Source of the DNA: Octopus vulgaris
Taxonomy: Eukaryota
NCBI GenBank assembly: GCA_951406725.2
Contig: OX597814.1
Coordinates: 20,398,001 to 20,462,000, forward strand
DNA: 64,000 nt
Reading direction: 5' to 3'
Part shown: positions 13,369 to 24,900 of the stretch, piece by piece
How positions within the stretch are numbered: the stretch's first letter is position 1
Layout: each line of letters begins with the position of its first letter
Program-made: the position numbers and the translations under genes
The notes under the pieces: generated by a model
Database searches by the model: none
What the model saw: the letters and a program-made list of their open reading frames with translations, nothing else
Told to the model about the DNA's origin: nothing

Positions 13369-14335
13369 TACACATATAATTATTACAATTGAAGAATGTA
13401 AGTTATTCTTAAAATACATTTGGGGTAAAACATTCTACAGAGCAAGAATTCAATTGAGTAATTTAGTACCAAAATGCAAGGACAATATATCTGTTGTCCA
13501 CAAAACAAGATAACATTCTCAAAAGATGAGCAGAGTTAGGTGAATAATAGCCAAAATTATGACTGGTGTAAAGTATTTGAACTGATGTGACATTCTGGTA
13601 GAAGACCATGCTCATAGGTATAACAAGATAGAGTAACATTTTTTTTAAAAATTATGAATGATAAGGTAAATATAGTTTGGTATAATCAGCATATAAAAGG
13701 CCTTGAATGGGAAAACATTTTGGGTTAATCCATATCTGTGTTTACCTCTGAAGTCTCTCAAGATAATATTCATGATAATAGTATAGTGGTGCTCAAGCAG
13801 ACGAGGTTTACACAGAGTGAGTTAAAATACAGCTTTTGAATGCTTACAGAAACATATCTTCATGAGATAGGTAGTACAATAGTTGATGTGGCAAAAACAG
13901 GTGAAATAAGACTAGTTTACATCTATGATCAACTTGGTAGTTAAATTTGATGTCAGTAAATAAACCAAAATCATAGGTCCTTACGTTTGTTTGAAACAAT
14001 AAAAGAATAATTTTTAAAAATTCCAGTGTGACAGTTCTCCAACTGATTTATGAAAGAATAAACTGATAGTTTTCATAAATTGCTTGCTCTACAAACAAAC
14101 CAAACCTTCATGGTATTTGTTTCAGCTTTCTGTCCTCCAAGTTCATATCCCTTCAAGGTCAACTTTGCTTTTACTCTTTCAGTGTTCAATAAGAAAAGTA
14201 CACATTGGTCTAAAGCAGCAGATTGATGAAAATGTGAGAGCATCAGACCAAATGACATTCTTGTCGTTTGTGTTCTGAGTTCAAATACCACCAAGGTCTA
14301 CTTAGATGGTAGATTTAACCTCTTACTCTGATTAA

Positions 14336-14631
<296 letters not shown>

Positions 14632-14665
14632 AACTGAGAATGTGTTTCTGTCTGTCTCCCTGACT

Positions 14666-15560
14666 AGGGAAACCACTTGTGAAACGCTCTACTTGCTGTC
14701 AACAACCGTTAAAGGGTGGGCTAGGGATGCCTTGGCTGATGATGCGCAAACATGCGCTGAGGTTAAGACATCTTTTGCTCTACCTGGATGGTGAACGGGT
14801 GTGGTCTTCTCTAGCAAAACTGATGTTTCCCAAGTTCACTAGTTTTGGTGGATGGGAAACCTGGCTGAATCGTAGATCGAAACTTGGTACTTGGTACACG
14901 GAGTGTCGCAAGGCTCTCCTGCTATTCCGTCGCTCGGGCAACGCCTGCGGTGGGGGTTCCACCACATTCTTCTATAGAGGGTTGGTAGAGGCGGAATGTG
15001 AAGATACCTTGGGGGAAACCCTAGGTCTCGACGATAATCAGCTGGCCAGTCTGTTCCGACGTACGTTCAAGCCGAGGACACTGGACAACTTCCAGAAGTC
15101 TCTGGCATGGCAATGCTACAGAGGAGCTCTACCTGTTCGGGATAAACTCGCAAGGCACGGTGGCCAAGACAGTCCGATATGTCCAAGATGCGGGCGGGAT
15201 AGGGAAACCGTTCCACACGCTATTGTTCATTGTCCGGACGTGTCTGAGGTGTGGGTTTATGCCGAACAGCTGTTGTCAAGTACACGAAGAGTACAGCTGT
15301 CGACTGAGTCGATTACAAAAATTGACCCACCGGATTTCCTCGCGAATGAAGGTAAGTTTCGTTTTCTCGTAGTAGCAATTGCGAAAGAGGTGATATGGAA
15401 GACGAGAATGAAAGGTTTACAGTCAGGCAAGTTCATCTCCGGCCCTGGTTTGATGAATTATTTCATCTTTCACCTGAAAAGGAAGATAGGGCTGAAGAGA
15501 ATATGCCTGACTAAGAGAGTGTATGAAGAATGATGGAAAGATGTAGCACGAAAGTTGCGA
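14666..15560 (+). mobile_element. Tx1/L1-clade LINE ORF2 C-terminal fragment (zf-RVT region)
   Basis: ORF 14679..15533: CCQQPLKGGLGMP, LAWQCYRGALPVRDKL and CPRCG..RETVPHAIVHCP (CCHC). No RT core is present. Confidence 0.8.
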
Positions 15561-16259
15561 GTGAATGATACAACATAAATGTAAAACCAAACGAAACCAA
15601 AAGTATCAGTGGGGAGGCAGGGCTCGTGGAGTCCGAGCTAAACCCGCTCCCACTCCATCCGTAATGTCTTCTGGTCTGTTCCAACATTCGATTTCTTTCT
15701 ATTTTTGTAATTTTCTGTAAATTTTTAAAATTCGCTTTTTGTAAAACCCATTCATGTATCTGACCCCACATCAGGTTGTGTTGTCCCCTCTATGTTCGCC
15801 CCTAGTGGGTAATAATAAAACACCTGGAGGAAAGCACCATCAAAAAGTGTCTTGGTGGGACTATGAAAGATATCTAACCAGAAGCGGTAAATTCGCCACA
15901 ATAGAAGCAAGGTTTGAGTCAACGGAGCGTGCAAGGGAGTACTCGACTCGAACTTGCAAAGTGGAAATATTTTATTTTTACCTTTATATCTGGGACGTAG
16001 GACGTCCTGGATGAAAATTAAAAATCCCCCCCACCCCAGAAGTTGAGGTAGGCTGGATTGTAGCCACACTTCTATACAAGAGGGAGGACAAGATACAATT
16101 GATCGAAATTGCAAGAGACGGGCCTACAATTCCAGTCTGTTATATATTTTGAGTATCGTTATCACTAGCGATATCAAGATATAACTTTGTGTTTTGTATT
16201 TTATGTGTAGATGTATATATATATAGATGTACATGTAATATGTACACATATATACGTGC

Positions 16260-16300
16260 ACTAGCACTATGACCCGGCAACGACGGGTCATAATGCTAGT
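16260..16300. other. 41-bp palindrome ending CTAG-T on both strands (Helitron 3'-terminus-like)
   Basis: ACTAGCACTATGACCCG-gcaacga-CGGGTCATAATGCTAGT; arms 16/17 complementary. Confidence 0.6.
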
Positions 16301-17731
16301 ATATATAGATACACATGTATATATGAACTTATGAACTCACTTCTCATGTACTCTCTACCATTTCATTTATATTCACATCCTTGTACTTTGAGAATATGTG
16401 CTAACACATCACCACCATCGTTGTTGCTCACTCTTACTCTTGCTCTCTTTCTCTCTCTCCCTCTTTCTTTTTCCAGCTTTCTCTTTACCCAACTGAGGTA
16501 ACCGTATATATGTCCTCTACAGCAAAACACTTGTTTCTGTTCCTCTGTCATACACTAACCTCTAATCACCTGGCACAAAGCAGCCTCCTTCAATATCCCC
16601 GCTCCACATGAGGAGCTGTTGTCTTGGAAGTTACTTGGTGACCTGACTGACATTGATGCCACATGAAAAACACCTAGACCACACTGTAAAGTGGTTGGTG
16701 TTAGGAAGGGTATCCAGCCATAAAACCCATGCTCAAATATAGTGGAACTTAGTACAGTCTACTGACTTACCAGCTCCTGTCAAACCATCCAACCCATGTC
16801 AGCATGGAAGACAGATGTTAAATTATGACAATGATGTGTGTGTGTGTGTGTGTGTATGTACATGTGTATGTGTATGTGTGTGTGTGTGTATTGCTCTTTG
16901 TTACACATATCCCCAACTGCTTGATAACCAGTGTCAGTTTGTTTATTTCCCTGTAACTTGGCAGTTCAGCAAAAGAGACTGATAGGATAAGTACCTGACT
17001 GAAAAAAAATGTCAATGCTGAGTTCAATGTGTTTTCAACTAAAACCCTTCAAGGCAATGCCTGAGTGTGAGAACAATCTAGCGATTGGAAGTGAAAGATT
17101 AAAGATTCTCTCTTAAAGAAAAGATGCAGGCAGATAATATGACCCTAGATATATTATGTCTGAAAAAGATAAAAAGACTGGATGGTCACAGCTGGAATAC
17201 CTTTAAATCATAAGCCTGCTTGATCAGAATCGTCTTGGGACTAAATATCAACTTCAGACTACTCTACCAACATGGGCATGATTATAGATTATCCTACTCA
17301 GAGTCAGGCAGCAGCGTTGAACTCCCTTGTTGACCAAGTGCCATGTATAAGAGGTGGTTTCACATACTAGTGTAGCTCATTCAACGGTGGTGCCCCAACA
17401 TGGCTTCAGCTTTCAAGCTGAAACATTTTTAAGGATTTAAGGATTCTCTATACTTTTTAATTATTTATTTGTATTTCTATATATGAATTTTACTTAGAGA
17501 GAAATATTGACTTGATCAAGCTGTTTAGGGTGGGGTATTTGGGGATTTTCCACTCCAACAAACAACTATCTTATTTCACAGATTTTTTTTAAAAACCTGT
17601 TTACATTTTCATTACATTTGAAAAGCAGAATTTTGGTGTCATAACTTTATATTCAAAAAGTAATTCATGCAAAACGATGTTTTAAAATCCTGTTTTAATT
17701 CTGTTAAATTTATATTTTATTTGTAACAGTA

Positions 17732-18121
17732 GGCATAGGAGTGGCTGTGTGGTAAGTAGCTTACTTATGAACCACATTGTTCGGAGTTCAGTCCCACTGT
17801 GTGGCACATTGGGCAAATGTCTTCTACAATAGCCACAGGCCGACCAAAGCCTCGTGAGTGGATTTGGTAGACGGAAACTGAAAGAAGCCCGTCGTGTGTG
17901 TGTGTGTGTGTTTGTGTGTCTGTGTTTGTCCCCCCAATATCGCTTGACAACCGATGCTGGTGTGTTTACGTCCCCGTAACTTAGCGGTTCGGCAAAAGAG
18001 ACCGATAGAATAAGTACTAGGCTTACAAAGAATAAGTCCTGGGGTCGATTTGCTCGACTAAATGCGGTGCTCCAACATGGCCACAGTCAAATGACTGAAA
18101 CAAGTAAAAGAGTAAAAGAGT
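17732..18121 (+). mobile_element. SINE family A, ~550 bp upstream of the PXK ATG
   Basis: Colinear with 12340-12786. Confidence 0.9.
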
Positions 18122-18676
18122 AGAATATTATTATATTCCACTGTATTTTTGCTGCAGAAATATTTAAAGCATTTTGTAAGATTGTTCCGCTCTTTTTTAA
18201 CAAAAATTATTGTCATACACCAACAATATCAAAACAATGTAAATTTAGAAAGAAGAAGAAAAAAGCACAACAGTAAATGAAATTACATTAAGAGAAATTG
18301 TACAAAAATGAGGGTAAAAAATAAAATAAAACAATGTCATTCAGATGAAAGTCTTTTGTGTAGATGGTTGTCATTATCTCGAGTACAGTACAAGCTTGCT
18401 GTATGTTTTTGTTTTGAATCCGGTGTCAACAAGATGACGACAACAATTGCAGCAGAGCTTGGATTGTCTTGGCATATACATTAACGCTATTTATTGTTCA
18501 TTAACCCCCCACCTCCTTCATTAATTGTGATCATATTTTTATTGTTAATTATTTTCATTGTAAACTTACTGCTTGAAACAAAAAAACTTCGTGTCTGAGT
18601 AAAGTGTTATCTACCATAAAAATAGTATCGAGCCAGAAAAGCAGTTTTTTTTTCGCATTCGCAGCACTGACGTGTT

Positions 18677-18775
18677 ATGGCCGTGTTCGAGACCAATCAC
18701 AGCAGTAAAGTTTTGGACGATACAATTCCTCTGACATGTGTCATTGAAAGTGCACAAAATGTTGGAAGCCACATT
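18677..18775 (+). CDS. PXK: PXK coding exon 1 (MAVFETNHSSKVLDDTIPLTCVIESAQNVGSHI)
   Basis: ATG at 18677; donor ATT|GTAAGT at 18776, phase 0. Resembles the PXK N-terminus (KV.LDDT.PLT..IE..Q). Confidence 0.9.
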
Positions 18776-19154
18776 GTAAGTCTTTTTGAGGAGAGTGCAA
18801 ACCAAAAAAAAAAAAAATGCCCTCTTTATTTTTTATTCTTGTTCGAAAAAAAAAAAATCATACCTATTGCCTACAATAATGTTGTTTTTTTTTCTTTTGA
18901 AATTATCGGTTTTATAGATGAATAGTTTCTTCATTGCCTCTTGGTATATGGCTATGAAAAAAATAAAGCCTGCATGTTACATAGAATTGCTTATATGTGT
19001 AATGTGTGTGTTCTGTGTGTATATACATTCGGACATTCAGATCCAGGTGACAGCTTACTTGGTTCAACGACTTCCTTAATTAGAAACCTTTCAAGAAGCT
19101 AGTTTGCAAGAGCATTTCTAAGGTAGCTTCTGTATTTTCGTGCTTATATATGCC

Positions 19155-19221
<67 letters not shown>

Positions 19222-21944
19222 ATGCCACTGGGTGTATGGTAAAAAAAATATTTTCTTGTATAACCCTCAGCAACGCCCACAATTATTCGACTTGTCTTCG
19301 TATGTTCAAATATACATATATACATATGTCAAGGGTAGATTTTGAGTCGAAGCTGAATAAGTATTTTATCTAAAGAAATCTTTTATGTATGAATTTAATT
19401 TTATCCATCTTTTTCTTAATAAATAATAATAGTATCAGTCAACAGTTCTCACTTTAAAGCTCACATGTTTATGTTACGAGCCAATTTTTCCTGATCATAG
19501 TTAATGACAATATTTGACTCACCTGACTGAACATGGTGTTGTTTTCCCGCTAAAGAAACTAATGAATAAGATCACTACATACGGAAACGAATGAAACCTA
19601 CATGCAAACCTTAAGGTAAAGAACATGTACACCACCCGTTTTCGGTGTAACAAAACCGCAAAACCCTAACTACCGGATATACGTATTTTTAACTTTCGCC
19701 CACTTTTACTTTCAAATCTTTCACTTACGACTAGAATGTAACTTTGTAGACTCGAAGAATACTTTAAATATCGCAAATCTTGGGAGATTGGGAACGTAAA
19801 TCTGTGGTTTACTGCACTAGCAATAAAGTTCAGCTTGTTCGATTAAAAAAGTAAACATCGTATTGTTTCTATCTTAGTAAGACACTTCAAGTGGTGGTTT
19901 ATTGATTCCTACAGAATTCTTGTCCGCGTGTCATGTATGTTTCCTCCGAATTTAGCTTTCACTTTAAAACCCGAGTTATAAATTAATTCACCGTTTTCCC
20001 CCTCGTCGTATTGAAATAATCTCATTAATTCCCCCATACTCCGATTTCCATTCATTGCGATGAAAAGAAGGGCGGAATTTTGGGATAAGCACTTCCACCG
20101 TAACGTGGATTTTTGTATTAATCTTCGTAGCTTGTAGTTCTGCAAAAGACAAAAATCGAAATTTTAATAATTTCCTTCTTTCATCGTTTCAGATCACGCA
20201 TCCTGTGATAATTCTTTTATTTTTTATATTTTTTCGCTTTTTTGTCAGTTTTCGTAAATCATTTTTAATTTTAAAAGCGAAAGATTACGATTGTACGAGA
20301 GAAAAAATCCGATATTCCGGATTTTGTGGTGTGAAAGAAATGTTTGTGAATACGTTCATTCATTCATTTTGCTTTTGCGTTATGGCCAATGAAATTTCGA
20401 CACATTCAACTTTCCAACCGTGACCATCCTTTTCCTTCATCCCTAACGCCAATGTAAATACTAACTGAGCCATAACCAATAATACCACATACATATAGAT
20501 TGTGCTTAATTTTATTGAATATTATTACTTCAGCACGTCTGCAAAACCCCATTTTACTATCTGTTTTGAAAAATTTCGAACTTTCCAGTGTTTATAAAAG
20601 TAATGAGGACTAGATTAACAGTTTTACACATGTGCTCCACTCCGATTTTGTTTCCTCATAACTTTACGAACAACGAATATTTTTAAAATTTAGCTATTTT
20701 TTAATGAAATCTTATACAAATACGCTTCATATGGTGTAGATTCTGATTATATCGGAATTTGTTTTGAAATATTTTTTCTCAGGAATTGGAAGAGTTGTTT
20801 TGGAAAATTCATGTGTCGGTTTGTTTCTTATAACTTTCTGAAAAATGGGTATTTTTTTAAATGAAATTTTTCTACAAATACATGATTTATGTAGTAGATA
20901 TAGTGTTGTGTGTTTGTGTAAATTCTGATATAATCGGAATCTACTCCACCTGAAGCGTATTTGGAAAATAAAAAAATGCACTTTTTTCCGGAAATTATGA
21001 GGAAACAAAGTCAAGGGGAGCACGTGTGTAGATGTGTCCATGCATAAATACGTACGCACGTAAGTACCAGTCAAGTACTGGGGCTGATGTAATCAACTAG
21101 CCCCCTCCCTCAAAATTTCAGTCCTTGTGCCTATTGTAAAAAGGATTATTATTAAGGTGGCGAACTGGCAGAATCGTTAGCACGCCGGTTAGAATTCTTA
21201 GCGACATTTCGTTCATCTTCATGTTCTGAGTTCAGATTCTACTAAGATCGACTTTGCCTTTCATCTTTTCGGGCTCGAAAAACTAAGTACCGGTGAAACA
21301 CTGGAGTCAATGTAATCGACTAGTCCCCTTCACTCCACATTTCAGGTTTATTATTATTATTATTATTGAGTGAGAGAGCAGTGCATGCCATCAAAGTGAC
21401 ACTGGGGTAAAATATACGAAGCCCAGTATACCCATCATGACTACCCGTCTGATAAGGGTACACAAGGCACATGCATCACAACCATATGTGTGCGACATGG
21501 TGATCTCATATCAAGGTAAACAGCACATTACCTTGCAGGTGGGGCCCAGTTAGAATTTTCTGGTTGAGTAACCAATCCTGCTCAAAAGGTACCTGAATAA
21601 GGGTTGTTTAAGGATGTTGAATGAAACAACCAGAGATGAATTATTCAAACCCCAAAGAATCCCTCTCAACACATGGCTATGATGCTCCCCAACTACTTCT
21701 GCTCATGATCAGAGATGCACATATCGTCAGCCACTAAGGGACATGCTCAACTGGTTAAGGTCAATCAACTGACAAGCAAATCTGTGGTATTGAGCAGAAT
21801 ATTTGCTATAGCCCATCTTTTATACCAAGACAAAACAATGATGTACATGATAACACTTCCAATCAGTTAAGATCGGAAGCCATGAGAGCCAGTGCCTGGT
21901 ACTGCATCGGGGCATTTATTATCATTTTATTATTATTATTATCA

Positions 21945-21978
<34 letters not shown>

Positions 21979-24900
21979 GGCAACGAGCTGGCAGAATTGT
22001 TAACATGCCAGATAAAATGCTGCTAAGCATTTTATCTGTCTTTACTTTATGAATTCAAATTCCTCTGAGATGAACTTTGCCTTTCGTCCTTTCTTGGTTG
22101 ATAAAATAAGTATTGGTTCAGCACTGGGGTCGATGTAATCAACTCATTCCTTTCTCTGAACTTGCTGGTCTTCTGCCAAAATTTGATATCATTATTATTA
22201 AATTACAAAATTCTCATGTCAGCCACTTTACCAATTGGTTTCATACTGAGAGTTGAGATAACTCTGGCAATCTTCAGAAAATGCCGTAAAGAATAATATG
22301 GTGTGGGGTCTTTGTCACAGGAGATCTGAAAGTGTCACATCTGGTCTGTGGGTTTGCCATAATTTACAGGAAAATTTCCAACCTATCTTTGAGTAGGGAT
22401 ATTTTTCATGCTTCAGTTCTATACTAGTTTTAAGAATAAGATTAGGTATATGCCTGTTCCTAAACCCAATAAGAGAAAATGCCACTTCATGGTTTACACT
22501 TCTATTTTCTATGAACTTAAAGTCTTGTGTAGGCTGAATCTTTCTGGGTTTAATTAATAAACACTGCCCCTAAACACAGATACTGGAAAATATTTAACAA
22601 ACTCATATTGACTGCGTCTTTTAGCTATGCTCCTAGCATAAAAAGAATATTACCAGGTAGGTCCAAACCTGAAACAGAAGTAATGTCCATATGTCCACTT
22701 AACTACCATTGCAATACCGAAATCATTGTGTATGAGTTGGAAGAGGCATCAAAGGAGCCCAATGGAGTGATGGATGTGTGAAAATATGTGGATGTGATTG
22801 GTCTTTCAGGACCAGATTCAACAACCCCCACTCCTTTTTAATATCTTAGAGAGATAAATGTTACATCTATAGTAAACCACATAAAGGCATTGAAGAAAAA
22901 TGCTTCACATTATGATATCTAGTAGAGGTTACTGGAAAAGTGTAAACCTTACTTTAACAGCAGTAGGAGATGCAGGCTCTGTTTGATTGAGAAAACGATC
23001 ATACTAAAGAGCTCTCTCTATCTGGCTTGACCCCATTAGCACAGACCTTTCCCTAGCATACTGGCTAACTGCACTATGAATATAAACATTGGAGCACCCC
23101 ATTAGTTACTCTGTAATGCCCAGCATGCTAACAATTCTTCCAGCTCGATGCCTTATTGTATCTATTAATAATATATCCACTCTATTAATTAATATATGAA
23201 TGCTTGATATTTTGTTGACTCATGGATTTTAGATAACCATATATATATATATAGTTAATCCAAACATGAACAAAGAGAAAACACAACAATGCGAGGATGT
23301 GGAACAAGTATAGTGTTATTGGACGCTCAGGAAAGGAAAGAAAGGAGGATTTAACATTTCAAGTGGAGCTCTTCGTCAGAAACATAGAAAAAGAAAAAGT
23401 CCAAATCTCTACTTAGGATTTCAGCAGCAGCTGGCTGTTCCCTTTAACTATCCGTAGAGTCACTACTACTTGGGGCTTGGTTGAGATTTAGGTAGACCAA
23501 CTTGCTGTATTAGTGATAGAGGTTGAGTTGTATAATATATCTACATATGATCTCTGAAAAGTCTTCAGCTGCTGTCACACTCCCCCCACCTCTTCAATAC
23601 CCTCCCACCTCTCTATCACACTCTCTCCTATTCATTGTACTTTCCCACACATATATCAAAGGATAGCATTGGATTTTCCATCTTCAACACCCACCTCCAC
23701 CTTCCTTATTACTCAATCTCTCTCTCCCTTCAGATGTCTGTGTAACATGGGATTGCATTGGATGTACTCATATACTAATCCTCACCCTTCTGAACACCTT
23801 GCCATCACTCCCTCTCTGCCATCATTCTCATCCTCACCTGTCTCCATTACTATACATCATTAACTCTCACTCTTCCAGCAAGCATGTAACTGCAATCACT
23901 GTCTCTCTTCCATTTCTTCTTTCTTTACTACTGTCCCACCTCAATTACTCTGTTTTCACCGTACGCTTGTTTTTCTTAACTCTCACTCTGGTTCACTACT
24001 CTTTTTCTTATCAACTCACTCAGTCACCTCTTGAATAAAGAGAAACAAGGTAATGAGGACTCCTTACATGTGGGATTTACCAGCAGTTCCACAAGTGTTG
24101 GTACCATGATAAAATGCAACTGATATATTCTGTAAAGTGATTGGTGAGCATGAGGAAACAATGTAAAATTAAGAAAACCCTTAATCTTGCCAAGGACACG
24201 ACAGCTTCTAGTACACCCAATATAGTCCAAAAGTTGAATGGTGCTAGAAAAGCAGCCAGCTGTAGAAACCATGCCAAAAATGGAATGCCTATGTGAGATG
24301 TTTTCCTCCAACCTGTTCAGGAAAGTTCTGAATAAAAACTGACTCAAACTGGGATAACTTGTCCAGCTCATGTCAACATAGGAAGCAGATGTAGAATGGT
24401 GATTATATACAAATTGTCGATGTTGATGTCTGTTTATACACACACACACACACACACACAAGTGAATATATCTCTATATGTAAATTGTAATATGAATGAG
24501 TGTGTGTGTAGGTGATATTATATAGTGTTGGCAGCAGCTGTTTTCTCATATTTGAGGATTTCAGTTTTCTACTAATTACTTCCTATTGATGCCACTGATT
24601 TCTGAGAAGACCAATCCTCATATGAGGTAGGTGGGAACAAAGATGGTAAGGAAGAATTTATTTAGAGCATGCTTGTTGTTGCATCTTGCATTCTTTACAT
24701 ATCCTGACCTTTTTCCTGCTAATTCTTACTCTGACTACTATACATCCAGAATACCTTTCTCCACTGTTATTTAGGTCTTCTAGGTAACAAGAGCTATTAA
24801 CTACTTCTCAGGAGCAATCTGGGTACAGGGAAAAATCTATTTTCTGTCTACTCTCAGTACTTACTACCCATGTGCACCTGTTGCATATGAATTTTTTTTC

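Larger units (their letters stand above)
10050..13900 (-). mobile_element. Decayed CR1-like LINE ORF2, split by a mariner and SINEs
   Basis: Minus-strand pieces GTKLLN*ILA (~13450), LQCDLDTVY*WIAN*QLKLTVDKCTIIHFGR (~11890-11980) and HTYKIKKQCSSHNFRNIFF...WNKLP...SFK (~10065-10200), which are typical CR1 RT and C-terminal motifs. Confidence 0.7.

Noticed and set aside
19909-20145. 78-aa minus-strand ORF in the CpG-rich block
   Set aside because: Non-ATG start, no recognisable domain and no convincing splice signals.
21368-21915. Block bounded by (ATT)n tracts, probably a retroelement 3' end
   Set aside because: Only one copy in the window and no coding motif, so I cannot classify it.
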